64,000 nt of DNA from Chitinophagaceae bacterium (GCA_043763635.1 JAYULK010000009.1:906-64905), one strand, 5' to 3'. Counted from the stretch's first letter, positions 26,345-36,581 are shown. The notes: generated from the letters alone by a model not told the origin. Made by a program: numbers and translations.

Positions 26345-27340
26345 GTGATTGCATTATTTAAACAAAAATCGCCGGCCAATATTGTTGTATTACTCATATT
26401 GGGATTGATTATTAAAATGCCTTTGTTTCTTTTTCCAAAGGCAATAGAAGCGGGTACCGGCGATGGGCATCTTTACTATTTTATTATTTCGTTAATTACT
26501 ACACCTGGCCATAGCAACGCTTTTACAGCATCAATACTTTGTTTCTCATTATTATACGGGCAGGCTTTAATGATCAATTTCCTGGTGAATGAACAAAGGA
26601 TGACTACAAAGCAGACCTTTTTACCTGCCATGTCGTACTTATTGATCACCTCTTTGTTTCCTGAATGGAATTATTTATCGGCTCCTCTTACAGCATCTTT
26701 ATTTATAGTATGGGCTTTTATAAAGCTCTTCAAACTTTATAACATTAGTGCTGCCAGTGGTGTTATTTTTAATATTGGTTTATTGTTAGGCATTAGTTCA
26801 CTTATCTATTTTCCCTCTATTGCCTATTTATTGTGCATATTTCTTGGGCTGATGATTTTACGGCCATTCCGTTTTAATGAAGCGATGCTGGTGATATTGG
26901 GCATAATTGCTCCTTATTATTTTTATGCAGTTTACTTATTCCTAAACGACAACCTCCAGGTGAACCAGCTATTACCAAAGTTTGCTTTTAAAATACAACC
27001 TTTAACTACATCAATTTGGCCAGCTATTGCTGTAGCACTGATGGGTATTCCATTTTTAATAGGAGGCTATTATATACAAACACAACTCCGTAAGGTATTG
27101 ATACAAGTGCGAAAAAACTGGAGTATTCTTCTTTTATACCTTGTCCTATCCTTAGTAATTCCGCTTACCAGCGGTACCGGTTCCTTTCAAAATTGGGTAA
27201 TAGCCGCTACCCCATTTGCCGCTTTTCATGCGTGTGCTTATTTATACCCTCAAAAGGCTGCTTTTCCGGTAATATTATTTTTTATAACTCTTCTCTTCGT
27301 CTTTTTTCAGCAATATGGTGTGCCTGCCTGGAGGTTATAA
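26345..27340 (+). CDS. Hypothetical polytopic membrane protein
   Basis: 331-aa ORF with a GTG start 10 nt after the upstream stop. Roughly 9-10 hydrophobic segments. No catalytic motif recognised. Confidence 0.6.
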   Translation: MIALFKQKSPANIVVLLILGLIIKMPLFLFPKAIEAGTGDGHLYYFIISLITTPGHSNAFTASILCFSLLYGQALMINFLVNEQRMTTKQTFLPAMSYLLITSLFPEWNYLSAPLTASLFIVWAFIKLFKLYNISAASGVIFNIGLLLGISSLIYFPSIAYLLCIFLGLMILRPFRFNEAMLVILGIIAPYYFYAVYLFLNDNLQVNQLLPKFAFKIQPLTTSIWPAIAVALMGIPFLIGGYYIQTQLRKVLIQVRKNWSILLLYLVLSLVIPLTSGTGSFQNWVIAATPFAAFHACAYLYPQKAAFPVILFFITLLFVFFQQYGVPAWRL

Positions 27341-27354
27341 ACGGCTTTGAGAAG

Positions 27355-27362
27355 TATCTTTG
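27355..27362 (+). promoter_or_regulatory. Candidate Bacteroidota -7 promoter box TATCTTTG
   Basis: Exact match to TAnnTTTG, 40 nt upstream of the purQ ATG. Confidence 0.35.
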
Positions 27363-27402
27363 CACTCACTAATTCTGGTTTTACATTAATAAATATTGAT
27401 AC

Positions 27403-28074
27403 ATGAAATTTGGTGTTGTTGTTTTCCCGGGATCTAATTGCGACAGGGATATTCATGAAGCCCTTTTAAATGACCTTCAACAGGAGTCAATAATGCTTTG
27501 GCATAAAGAAAGTGACCTTACACAATTTACAAAAGAAGATTGCCTTGTATTACCCGGTGGCTTTTCTTATGGTGATTACCTGCGTACTGGTGCCATTGCC
27601 AGGTTTAGTCCCATTATGCAAAGCGTGATTGAATTTGCTCAAAATGGAGGAAAGGTTTTAGGCATTTGTAATGGATTTCAGATCCTATGCGAATCTCATC
27701 TTTTGCCAGGCGCCCTGTTAAGAAATGCCCGCCAGCAATTTATTTGTAAAAATGTATTTATTAAGGATGATGAGGAGGTTTATAAGATTCCTGTAGCACA
27801 TGGCGAAGGAAGATATTATGCTGATGAAATAACCCTCGACGAACTGGAACTTAATGGGCAGGTTTTATTTAGGTATTGTAATGAAAAAGGAGAAGTTATA
27901 GCAGATGCCAATCCAAATGGGTCTTTGCGTAACATAGCTGGTATCTGTAATAAGGAACGAAACATCTTCGGAATGATGCCGCATCCTGAAAGAGCCTGTT
28001 CTCTTGCCTTAGGCAATACCGATGGCAGGAAAATATTTAATAAAATTTTTTCCGAGGTACTTCAAACAGCTTAA
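27403..28074 (+). CDS. purQ: Phosphoribosylformylglycinamidine synthase subunit PurQ (glutaminase)
   Basis: 223-aa ORF. FPGSNCD, the nucleophile elbow GICNGFQIL and the HPE triad motif. Confidence 0.93.
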   Translation: MKFGVVVFPGSNCDRDIHEALLNDLQQESIMLWHKESDLTQFTKEDCLVLPGGFSYGDYLRTGAIARFSPIMQSVIEFAQNGGKVLGICNGFQILCESHLLPGALLRNARQQFICKNVFIKDDEEVYKIPVAHGEGRYYADEITLDELELNGQVLFRYCNEKGEVIADANPNGSLRNIAGICNKERNIFGMMPHPERACSLALGNTDGRKIFNKIFSEVLQTA

Positions 28075-28134
28075 GAAAGAGCAGAAGAATACTTTTAACA
28101 TCATTAAAGTTTTTAAAAGCAGAATTTTGAGTCA

Positions 28135-28593
28135 ATGCAAATAATTATGCGTCACCTTTTAATCGTAGCATTTTTCCTAACCGCAATAGCTGCTCAGGCG
28201 CAAAGCCCCGTAGCATGGACCTTCAATAGTAAAAAAATCAACGACAATGCTTATGAAGTGCAGATGGTTGCTTCCATTCAACCGGGATGGCATCTTTATT
28301 CTCAATCACAACCAGCAGATGCAATAGCGCAGCCCACAAATTTTGTTTTCAATAAAAATCCTTTGGTAAGCTTAGAAGGTAAGATTAAAGAAGTGGGTAA
28401 ACTGGAAAAGTATAAAGATAAAAAGCTTGAAATTTCAGCCAATCAATACAGCCAGAAAGTAATCTTTGTACAAAAAATAAAGTTGAGAGGAAAAGCAAAA
28501 ACGAATGTGTCTGGTAAATTGGAGTACCAGACTTGCGATGATAAAAAATGCCTTCCTCCTAAAACTGTAAACTTTTCGATACCGTTAGGATAA
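28135..28593 (+). CDS. Stand-alone DsbD N-terminal (alpha) domain protein with a cysteine pair
   Basis: 152-aa ORF. Signal peptide, GWHLYS motif and YQTCDDKKCLPP, which resembles the DsbD-alpha redox motif. Confidence 0.75.
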   Translation: MQIIMRHLLIVAFFLTAIAAQAQSPVAWTFNSKKINDNAYEVQMVASIQPGWHLYSQSQPADAIAQPTNFVFNKNPLVSLEGKIKEVGKLEKYKDKKLEISANQYSQKVIFVQKIKLRGKAKTNVSGKLEYQTCDDKKCLPPKTVNFSIPLG

Positions 28594-28609
28594 ATTATAT
28601 TTTGCAAGT

Positions 28610-28640
28610 GAACGAGTTCCTAAGGAACTCGTTTCTTTTT
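28610..28640 (+). terminator. Hairpin plus T-run between the two DsbD-related genes
   Basis: gaacgagttcc-taa-ggaactcgtt (10-11 bp stem) followed by tcttttt. Lies inside the TTG-initiated N-terminal extension of the next ORF. Confidence 0.6.
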
Positions 28641-28655
28641 CAAACAGAATTGATA

Positions 28656-30581
28656 ATGCCACTACCTAGACGCTGCTTCTTTTTATTTCTTCTTTTTTCT
28701 ACTATACTCTCCACTGCACAAGACACCTCTCTATTTAAATGGAATGTTATCAGTAAAAAGATTGATGACAAAACTTACGAACTGCACTTCTCTGTTACAG
28801 GAGCTAAGGGTTGGCAATTATATGCGCCCAACCAATTATTAAGTGATGTTGCTACAACAGAAATGGTGTTTGCAGATTCATCTATAAAAGTTGTGAATGT
28901 TTTTTCGGATTCAGGAAGTATAAAAAACATTCAAAGCACAATATTTAACACAGCAGTAAAAGTTTACGAAACCCCTGTTGTTTGGAAACAGCAAATAAAG
29001 ATAGAAGGCCCGGTACCTGCTTTTTTGCAAGGCACTCTTTCCTATACTTATGGAAGAAATGATGAGTTTTATCCCGCTACGTCTTTCGACTTTAAAGTAG
29101 CATTGCAGGGCGGTGTAGCTGCTACATCGCGTATTTTAATTCCTTCAATAGATATAAAAAAACCAGTAAACAATTGCGGCGATGATGATGCTGCCGACAA
29201 GAGTTTAATGGCTATATTTTTTCTGGGTTTTGCCGGCGGCTTGATTGCATTGATCACTCCTTGTGTTTTCCCTCTGATACCGTTAACGGTTTCTTTTTTT
29301 ACCAAACGCTCCGGCAGCAGAAGAAAAGGTGTACTCAATGCTTTACTGTATGGGCTAAGCATCTTTATTATTTACGTAATTCTTAGTTTGCCTTTCCATA
29401 TTGTAGACCAAACAAACCCCGAGGTGCTCAATAATATTTCTACCAATGTATGGTTGAACCTCGCCTTTTTTGCGGTGTTTATCTTTTTTGCCTTATCGTT
29501 TTTTGGGCTTTATGAAATAGGATTACCCAGCGGATTTGCTAATCGCATAGATTCCAAATCAGGGATTAGTGATTTTTGGGGCATCTTTTTTATGGCTTTA
29601 ACGCTGGCCATTGTATCCTTTTCCTGTACAGGTCCAATATTAGGCTCTTTGCTGGCTGGTGCTTTAACTAATGATGGCGGAGCTATGCAATTGTCATCTG
29701 GTATGGGGGGCTTTGGTTTAGGTCTGGCATTGCCGTTTGCATTATTCGCTCTATTTCCCGGGTGGCTTCAATCTCTGCCTAAGTCGGGTAGCTGGCTAAC
29801 AACTGTAAAAGTAGTTTTAGGTTTTTTAGAGTTGGCATTGGCAGTTAAATTTTTATCTAATGCCGACCTGGTAAAGCAATGGGGATTTTTAAAGCGGGAA
29901 GTTTTTATTGCCATCTGGATTTTAATTGGAGTGGCGATCGTTCTCTACTTAGTTGGTGTAATAAGGTTTAAGAATGCTGATAAACCCCAAATGTCGAAAG
30001 CTCGTGTTGGGTTTGCCATTTTATTTGGAGTTATTACATTGTATTTAATACCGGGACTTACCAATACAAAATACGCGAATCTCCGACTCATCAGCGGCTT
30101 TCCTCCGCCCTTGTCTTATAGTATTTACAAGAAGGAAGTAAACTTTGAGCCTTTAAAAAACGATTATGAAAGAGCACTTCAATTGGCAAGGCAACAAACT
30201 AAGCCATTGCTCATTGATTTTACCGGGTGGGCCTGCGTTAACTGCAGGCGAATGGAAGAAAATGTCTGGATTGATCCCGAAGTAGAAAGGATGATGAAAG
30301 AAGACTTTATTGTTGTTTCCCTGTATGTGGATGAACGGAAAAAATTGCCTTTAGCTGAACAAGTTAGTTACACAACAAAATCAGGCGCAGAAAAATCTAT
30401 AGTTACAGTAGGGGATAAGTGGGCCACTTTTCAGTCTGAAAATTTTAATGCTGTGTCTCAACCGCAATATGCGATCATAGGGAGAAGTGAAAACGCTTTA
30501 ACAAAAACAAAAGCGTATACGCCCAATGCTGACGAATTTAGGGAGTGGCTGCAATGTGGGTTGGAAGCATACAAAAAATAA
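28656..30581 (+). CDS. dsbD: DsbD-family thiol:disulfide interchange protein (Cys-less alpha-like domain, TM core, thioredoxin domain)
   Basis: Start moved to the ATG at 28656 (MPLPRRCFFLF signal). TM-core cysteines ITPCVFPLIP and SFSCTGPILG. C-terminal thioredoxin WACVNCRRME. Confidence 0.85.
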   Translation: MPLPRRCFFLFLLFSTILSTAQDTSLFKWNVISKKIDDKTYELHFSVTGAKGWQLYAPNQLLSDVATTEMVFADSSIKVVNVFSDSGSIKNIQSTIFNTAVKVYETPVVWKQQIKIEGPVPAFLQGTLSYTYGRNDEFYPATSFDFKVALQGGVAATSRILIPSIDIKKPVNNCGDDDAADKSLMAIFFLGFAGGLIALITPCVFPLIPLTVSFFTKRSGSRRKGVLNALLYGLSIFIIYVILSLPFHIVDQTNPEVLNNISTNVWLNLAFFAVFIFFALSFFGLYEIGLPSGFANRIDSKSGISDFWGIFFMALTLAIVSFSCTGPILGSLLAGALTNDGGAMQLSSGMGGFGLGLALPFALFALFPGWLQSLPKSGSWLTTVKVVLGFLELALAVKFLSNADLVKQWGFLKREVFIAIWILIGVAIVLYLVGVIRFKNADKPQMSKARVGFAILFGVITLYLIPGLTNTKYANLRLISGFPPPLSYSIYKKEVNFEPLKNDYERALQLARQQTKPLLIDFTGWACVNCRRMEENVWIDPEVERMMKEDFIVVSLYVDERKKLPLAEQVSYTTKSGAEKSIVTVGDKWATFQSENFNAVSQPQYAIIGRSENALTKTKAYTPNADEFREWLQCGLEAYKK

Positions 30582-30657
30582 TATCTTGTAGACCTTGTAT
30601 ATTTCCTGGCAGGGTGGATAGCCCAAGCGAAATATGGGCAGCACATTATACAATTGA

Positions 30658-30685
30658 AAAGACCCGCAGTGCTGCGGGTCTTTTC
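30658..30685 (+). terminator. Rho-independent terminator after dsbD
   Basis: aaaagacccgc-agtgct-gcgggtctttt: a GC-rich stem flanked by an A-run and a T-run. Confidence 0.7.
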
Positions 30686-30693
30686 AATTGGTC

Positions 30694-30758
30694 GTCATTC
30701 TTTACCAGCCTACCTCCTGCTTTAAGAGAGATACCGGTGGTTGGAGATAAAGAATGAC
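30694..30758. other. 65-nt imperfect long hairpin in the dsbD / sigma-factor spacer
   Basis: The outer 11-bp arms gtcattcttta / taaagaatgac are perfect. An inner helix pairs ccagcc-t-acc with ggt-ggttgg (one G-U, one bulge) around a 21-nt loop. Confidence 0.4.
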
Positions 30759-30849
30759 ATAAGTTTAAGATGGAAGTGAGCGATTATTTAGATGCTTATC
30801 AAACTTAAACTAAATTCATTTAGGTTTTTAAATCTGCCATCAATTTTTT

Positions 30850-31431
30850 TTATAAGGCAATTTGTTTTTGCACCATCATCTTGCGGAGATTAATTAAACC
30901 ATACCGCATTCTTCCTAAAGCTGTATTAATGCTGCAGTTTGTAAGTGCCGCAATCTCTTTGAAACTCATATCAGCATAATGGCGTAGAATAATTACTTCC
31001 CTTTGGTCTTCTGGTAATTGGTCAAGCATTTCTTTTACCCGGTTATGACTTTGCTTTTTCATCATTTTATCTTCGGCACTATCTTCTGTAAAATTTAGTA
31101 CTTCAAAAATATCCTGATCATCGCCAGTTCTAATAACAGGGGTACGTTTTACTTTGCGGAAGTGGTCCACACAAAGGTTGTGGGCTATACGCATGGCCCA
31201 GGGCAAAAATTTGCCTTCTTCCGTATAACGGCCACCACGCATGGTATCAATAATTCTAATAAAAACGTCTTGAAAAATATCTTCGGCGAGATACTTGTCC
31301 TTGACAAGGAATAAAATTGACGTATACAATTTGTCCTTGTGACGCAATACAAGGGCTTCGAGTGCGTTTACATTACCTGCAACGAATAAATTAATAAGAT
31401 CGTTGTCAGTGAGTTTAGATAAAGGTGTCAT
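30850..31431 (-). CDS. ECF-type RNA polymerase sigma-70 family factor (no adjacent anti-sigma gene)
   Basis: 193-aa ORF. Region 2 (DIFQDVFIRI...WAMRIAHN) and region 4 HTH (MSFKEIAALTNCSINTALGRMRYG). Confidence 0.85.
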   Translation of the reverse strand: MTPLSKLTDNDLINLFVAGNVNALEALVLRHKDKLYTSILFLVKDKYLAEDIFQDVFIRIIDTMRGGRYTEEGKFLPWAMRIAHNLCVDHFRKVKRTPVIRTGDDQDIFEVLNFTEDSAEDKMMKKQSHNRVKEMLDQLPEDQREVIILRHYADMSFKEIAALTNCSINTALGRMRYGLINLRKMMVQKQIAL

Positions 31432-31676
31432 ACTCCAACGGGGGGTTTAGGTGCTAAAGGATTTGGATGTCAATAAAAAATTCGGAGTAGAAATTTGATA
31501 ATAGGCGAGATTGATTTGATAGTTAGTTAATAGGACTGGATTTAAAGCACAGTAAAAATAAATCTGTTTTTTCAATATTGCAATTTTTTTTATCCTTAAC
31601 CCTACTCTTTTTCCAAACAGGGTGTTAATGATTTAATTTCGAGCCGGGTTAGATATTAAGATTGCCCGGAGATAAG

Positions 31677-34535
31677 ATGAAAGAAAAGATAGCTAGTAAA
31701 AAACCCTTAGATAAAGCATCACACACTGCAGAACCCATATTTATAAAAGGTGCCAGGGTTCATAATTTAAAGAACATAGACGTTTCATTTCCCCGCAATA
31801 AACTTATCGTTGTAACAGGTGTGTCTGGTTCAGGAAAGTCTTCTTTAACAATAGATACTCTGTATGCAGAAGGCCAACGGCGCTATGCAGAAAGCCTTAG
31901 TGCCTATGTACGCCAGTTCTTAAACCGAATGGATAAGCCTGATGTAGATTATATAAAAGGACTTGCGCCAGCTATTGCCATTGAACAAAAAGTTATTACA
32001 AGAACCCCGCGCAGTACAGTGGGCAGCATGACAGAGATTTATGATTACCTCAGGCTTTTATTTGCCCGGGTTGGAAAAACAACCTCACCTGTTTCTGGCC
32101 GTCTTGTAAAAAAAGATGATGTAAAGGATGTGCTTGAAGCTATTAAACATATAAAGGGAGGCACACGGGTATATGTGCTTACTTCATTCAAACAACAGCG
32201 TAACCGCGATGCAACAGAGGAGTTGAACATTCTAATGCAAAAAGGATTTAGCAGGATCTATGTTTCGTCTTTATCCATCTCTCAAAAAGAAAATCCGGTA
32301 AGTGAAGGGAAAGTGTATCGCATTGAAGATTTACTGGAAAAAAAGGATGAGTTTAATATAGCTTTTCAATATCCGAAAAATGTATATGTGCTGATAGACC
32401 GTATTGTTACAAAAGAATTTGATGAAGATGATATCCATCGCCTTGGCGATTCTATCGGTACTGCTTTTTATGAAGGAGAAGGCGATGTATACATAGATGC
32501 TGATGGTAAAAGCTTATTGCATTTTAACAGCCGGTTTGAATTGGATGGAATTGTATTTGAAGAACCATCTCCAAATCTTTTTTCTTTTAATAATCCTTTC
32601 GGCGCCTGTCCTACATGCGAAGGGTTTTCTATGGTGTTGGGCATTGACGAGCACCTTGTTATTCCCAATAAATTATTAAGTGTCTACGAAGGTGCCGTGG
32701 CGCCATGGAAAGGAGAGAAATTAGGCAAGTGGAAAGAAGATTTTGTAAGAGCAGCCAGGAAATTTGATTTTCCGGTTCATAAGCCGGTCATGGACTTAAC
32801 TAAAGAACAGCACCGGGTGTTGTGGGAAGGAAATCAATTTGTAAATGGCATCAATGATTTTTTTAAAGAGGTAGAACAAAATTTATATAAGGTTCAATAC
32901 CGTGTTTTGTTAAGTCGTTACAGGGGCAGAACAATTTGTCCTGAATGCCATGGATACCGTTTGCGGAAAGAAGCTTTGTACGTTAAAGTTAACGGAACCA
33001 ATATTGGGGAGTTAAGCGAAATGCCCGTTAAAGATTTAAAGGTTTGGTTTGAAAACGCTGTTAAAAACTTTTCCGAGTTTGAGCATACTGTAGCCAAGCG
33101 CATCATCCTGGAGATACAACTTAGAATATCAACTTTGCTTGATGTTGGGCTGGGATATCTTACCTTAAACCGGCTGGCCAACACGTTAAGTGGTGGGGAA
33201 AGTCAACGCATTCAATTAACAAGGAGCCTTGGAAGTAACCTAACTAACTCACTTTATATTCTTGATGAGCCATCTATCGGTCTTCATTCCAGAGATACAG
33301 AAAACCTTATCCGGGTTTTAAAAGACTTGCGTAACCTTGGCAATACAGTGGTCGTAGTAGAGCATGATGAAATGATGATGCGTGAAGCCGATTATATTAT
33401 TGATATGGGTCTGCTTGCCTCTCATTTGGGCGGTGAAGTGGTAGCCGCAGGAAATTATTATGAGATCATAAAAAATAAAGATAGCCTCACCGGTAAATAT
33501 TTGAGCGGTGTTCTGTCAATAGAAGTGCCTCAAAAGCTCCGTAAAGCAAAGCATTTCATTAGCATTGAAGGTGCACGACAGCATAATTTAAAAGATATTA
33601 AAGTTGACTTTCCATTAAATGTTCTATGCGTGGTAAGCGGTGTTAGCGGAAGCGGAAAAACAACTCTGATCAAGCACATTCTTTTTCCTGCACTGCAAAA
33701 GTTGAAAGGAGAGGCAGGAGATAAAGTGGGTTTACATAGAGCCATTACCGGAGATATAGAGGCCATATCACAAGTAGAAATGGTAGATCAAAACCCAATT
33801 GGAAAATCATCACGTTCAAACCCTGTTACCTATATAAAGGCATGGGATTGTATGCGTGATTTATTTGCTTCGCAAGCCTTAAGTAAGATGCGGGGTTTTC
33901 AACCAAAACATTTTTCTTTTAACGTAGATGGAGGAAGATGCGATGCCTGCAAAGGGGAAGGCGAAAAGGTTGTGGAAATGCAATTTTTAGCAGATGTGCA
34001 TCTAACCTGTGAAGTGTGTCATGGGAAAAAATTCAAAGAAGAAGTATTAGAAGTTCAATACAAGGACAAAAATGTTTTTGATGTTTTAGAACTAAGCGTA
34101 GATGAAGCTCTTGAATTTTTTAAAGATGAAAAGCAAATAGTAAAAGCTATTCAGCCTTTGAGCGAAGTAGGACTTGGGTATATAAAGTTGGGCCAGTCAT
34201 CTGATACGCTTTCAGGTGGAGAAGCCCAGCGTGTAAAGCTTGCCACTTTCCTGGGTAAAGGAAAAGCAGCAGGTAAGGTTTTATTTATTTTTGATGAGCC
34301 AACCACAGGTCTTCATTTTCACGATATTAAAAAGCTATTAGCTTCCTTCAACGCACTAATTGACCAGGGGCATTCTATCCTTGTTATTGAACACAATACC
34401 GATGTAATAAAAAGTGCGGATTGGGTGATAGACTTAGGTCCCGAAGCAGGAGATGCGGGTGGTTACTTACTATATGCAGGACATCCCCAGGGTTTAAAAG
34501 AAAATAAGGTTAGTCATACAGGAAAGTTTTTATAG
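31677..34535 (+). CDS. uvrA: Excinuclease ABC subunit UvrA
   Basis: About 950-aa ORF. Two ABC modules (GVSGSGKSSL twice, LSGGE signatures) and zinc-finger cysteines. The ATG at 31677 is preferred over the TTG at 31662. Confidence 0.95.
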   Translation: MKEKIASKKPLDKASHTAEPIFIKGARVHNLKNIDVSFPRNKLIVVTGVSGSGKSSLTIDTLYAEGQRRYAESLSAYVRQFLNRMDKPDVDYIKGLAPAIAIEQKVITRTPRSTVGSMTEIYDYLRLLFARVGKTTSPVSGRLVKKDDVKDVLEAIKHIKGGTRVYVLTSFKQQRNRDATEELNILMQKGFSRIYVSSLSISQKENPVSEGKVYRIEDLLEKKDEFNIAFQYPKNVYVLIDRIVTKEFDEDDIHRLGDSIGTAFYEGEGDVYIDADGKSLLHFNSRFELDGIVFEEPSPNLFSFNNPFGACPTCEGFSMVLGIDEHLVIPNKLLSVYEGAVAPWKGEKLGKWKEDFVRAARKFDFPVHKPVMDLTKEQHRVLWEGNQFVNGINDFFKEVEQNLYKVQYRVLLSRYRGRTICPECHGYRLRKEALYVKVNGTNIGELSEMPVKDLKVWFENAVKNFSEFEHTVAKRIILEIQLRISTLLDVGLGYLTLNRLANTLSGGESQRIQLTRSLGSNLTNSLYILDEPSIGLHSRDTENLIRVLKDLRNLGNTVVVVEHDEMMMREADYIIDMGLLASHLGGEVVAAGNYYEIIKNKDSLTGKYLSGVLSIEVPQKLRKAKHFISIEGARQHNLKDIKVDFPLNVLCVVSGVSGSGKTTLIKHILFPALQKLKGEAGDKVGLHRAITGDIEAISQVEMVDQNPIGKSSRSNPVTYIKAWDCMRDLFASQALSKMRGFQPKHFSFNVDGGRCDACKGEGEKVVEMQFLADVHLTCEVCHGKKFKEEVLEVQYKDKNVFDVLELSVDEALEFFKDEKQIVKAIQPLSEVGLGYIKLGQSSDTLSGGEAQRVKLATFLGKGKAAGKVLFIFDEPTTGLHFHDIKKLLASFNALIDQGHSILVIEHNTDVIKSADWVIDLGPEAGDAGGYLLYAGHPQGLKENKVSHTGKFL

Positions 34536-34573
34536 AGCTCGTACTGTAAGCCTGGTGCAACCTACCATTGTTT

Positions 34574-34990
34574 TTATCGAAGCCTGTCCAGGCTTTTAAT
34601 TAACCTCTTATCCCTCAAAATCCCTTTCGCTGCCATGATAAAAGATATGAGTATGGCAAAGTAAAATATAACCCAGATGGTAATGTTTCCGCCAATAAAA
34701 TTCTTTATTTCAAGAAAGTAAACGGTAAGCAAAAGGGCGCTTAAAAATATACCTAAGTAAACCAGCCGCAACTGCATTTTACGATTATGGTACATGAAAA
34801 TGGTAACGAAGGCCAGGCCTCCTGTCAACACACTTAAAATAGTTATCCATATAGTGGTTTGTGCATTCAAATCAATCACAGCCAAAAAATGATCTTTGAT
34901 CCAGTCGCCGCTATAAAAAGGAAAACGAAAAGTGACTGCATCAAAAGCTGCTGCCAGTAATAACCATACACTTTGAATTCTTTGAAGCAT
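34574..34990 (-). CDS. DUF4293-type small membrane protein
   Basis: 138-aa ORF. Starts with MLQRIQSVWLLLA, typical of this family. Four hydrophobic segments. Confidence 0.7.
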   Translation of the reverse strand: MLQRIQSVWLLLAAAFDAVTFRFPFYSGDWIKDHFLAVIDLNAQTTIWITILSVLTGGLAFVTIFMYHNRKMQLRLVYLGIFLSALLLTVYFLEIKNFIGGNITIWVIFYFAILISFIMAAKGILRDKRLIKSLDRLR

Positions 34991-35005
34991 AATTTATTTT
35001 TTCTT

Positions 35006-36286
35006 TTAAGCCAAACCGGGATATAGAGGGAATTGCTCCATAAAGCTATGAACATCTTTTTCTACAGAAGTAATTACACTGCTGTCATCAATGTTCATTA
35101 GTACTTTATCAATCAGGTCTACCACATATTGCATGTGCTCTTCTTTCATGCTCCTGGTGGTTATTGCAGGTACGCCTATTCGTATGCCTGAGGTAACAAA
35201 AGGGCTTTTATCATCAAAAGGCACTGCATTTTTATTTAAGGTAATGTGAGCTCTGTCGAGGGTTTCCTGGGCTTTTTTGCCTGTTATGTTTTTATTTCTA
35301 AGATCAATCAGCATCAGGTGATTATCGGTACCGCCACTAATAATATTATATTCTTTTGATGCCAATGCCTCAGCCATTGCCTGTGCGTTCTTTTGCATTT
35401 GTTGCGCATATTGTGTAAAACCTTCGCCCAAAATTTCTCCAAAAGAAATGGCTTTGGCAGCTATTACATGTTCCAGCGGACCGCCTTGGGTTCCTGGAAA
35501 AACCGCCATGTCAAGCACATTGCTCATCATCCGTACATTGCCTTTCATATCCTTCAAGCCAAATGGGTTTTCGAAATCTTTACCCATCAAGATAATTCCT
35601 CCACGTGGCCCTCTTAAGGTCTTATGAGTGGTAGAAGTAACAATATGACAATGCTCAAATGGCGATGCCAATAATCCTTTTGCAATCATACCTGCAGGGT
35701 GGGCTATATCAGCCATCACCAAGGCACCTATTTCATCGGCTACTTTTCTAATACGTACATAATCCCAATCACGGCTATAAGCAGAAGCACCGCAAATAAT
35801 CAATTTTGGTCTTTCTTTTCTTGCTACCTCTTCTAATTGCGTATAATTTACAAGCCCGGTTTCTTTTTCTACACCATAAAAGAATGGCTGGTATAGTTTG
35901 CCGCTGAAGTTTACGGGAGAACCATGGGTAAGATGACCTCCCATAGCAAGATCAAGCCCTAATATTTTGTCGCCGCCTTGTAAAACAGCCAGCAGCACTG
36001 CTCCATTTGCTTGCGCACCGCTGTGAGGCTGCACGTTAGCATACTCGCAATTAAACACCTGTTTAAGACGGTCAATTGCTATTTGTTCTATCTCATCTAC
36101 AAACTCGCAACCACCATAATAGCGTTTGCCGGGGTAACCCTCAGCATATTTGTTCGTTAATACAGTGCCCATCGCCTCTATTACCGGTAGCGACGTAAAG
36201 TTTTCAGATGCAATCAGTTCGATGCCCTGGCGCTGGCGCTGCAATTCTTTTTGAATAAGATCGAAAATAGCTGAGTCTCTTTGCAT
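35006..36286 (-). CDS. glyA: Serine hydroxymethyltransferase
   Basis: Start set at the internal ATG (36286, [11 protein letters not shown]...). The 32-codon upstream extension in the ORF track reads through an intergenic repeat. Motifs LIASENFTS and [12 protein letters not shown]. Confidence 0.95.
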   Translation of the reverse strand: MQRDSAIFDLIQKELQRQRQGIELIASENFTSLPVIEAMGTVLTNKYAEGYPGKRYYGGCEFVDEIEQIAIDRLKQVFNCEYANVQPHSGAQANGAVLLAVLQGGDKILGLDLAMGGHLTHGSPVNFSGKLYQPFFYGVEKETGLVNYTQLEEVARKERPKLIICGASAYSRDWDYVRIRKVADEIGALVMADIAHPAGMIAKGLLASPFEHCHIVTSTTHKTLRGPRGGIILMGKDFENPFGLKDMKGNVRMMSNVLDMAVFPGTQGGPLEHVIAAKAISFGEILGEGFTQYAQQMQKNAQAMAEALASKEYNIISGGTDNHLMLIDLRNKNITGKKAQETLDRAHITLNKNAVPFDDKSPFVTSGIRIGVPAITTRSMKEEHMQYVVDLIDKVLMNIDDSSVITSVEKDVHSFMEQFPLYPGLA

Positions 36287-36292
36287 GAGTAT

Positions 36293-36363
36293 GTTGATAA
36301 TAGTTACAAAAGATGCAGTGTGCGACGCAACAGAAGGTAAATAGTAGTACCATTGCCGACACC
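36293..36363 (-). repeat. Dispersed intergenic repeat, copy C (reverse orientation)
   Basis: Contains gtgtgcgacgcaacagaag, the exact reverse complement of 19 nt in copy B. The flanks are recognisably related (tggtactacta and ttgtaactatta arms). Ends 6 nt upstream of the glyA ATG. Confidence 0.75.
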
Positions 36364-36581
36364 TAAAAATTTCAGGGCACAAAAATAAGCCAGTGCAGAT
36401 TAGGAAAGCGAAGATTTTGATTAAATGAAAATCTTTAATTTCGTCTGCTTATTTGCCCGGTGATGATATATGATAAAGCAGGTACCCGGCTGTAAAAAGT
36501 CGGCTGGGTTTAATACATGGCAGTTGAAGAATAGAACGTTGCTCAATGGATTAATTGCCATTGAAAACACTAAATAAGCAA

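Noticed and set aside
36287-36382. N-terminal extensions offered by the ORF track: glyA 36382, guaB 39189, xylB 59280, dsbD 28602 (TTG), uvrA 31662 (TTG), nucleotidyltransferase 36555 (TTG), rplY 55749, the lipoprotein at 52170 and SusD 50488 (TTG).
   Set aside because: In each case an internal ATG gives the canonical family N-terminus or a signal peptide. Several extensions run through repeats or a terminator hairpin.
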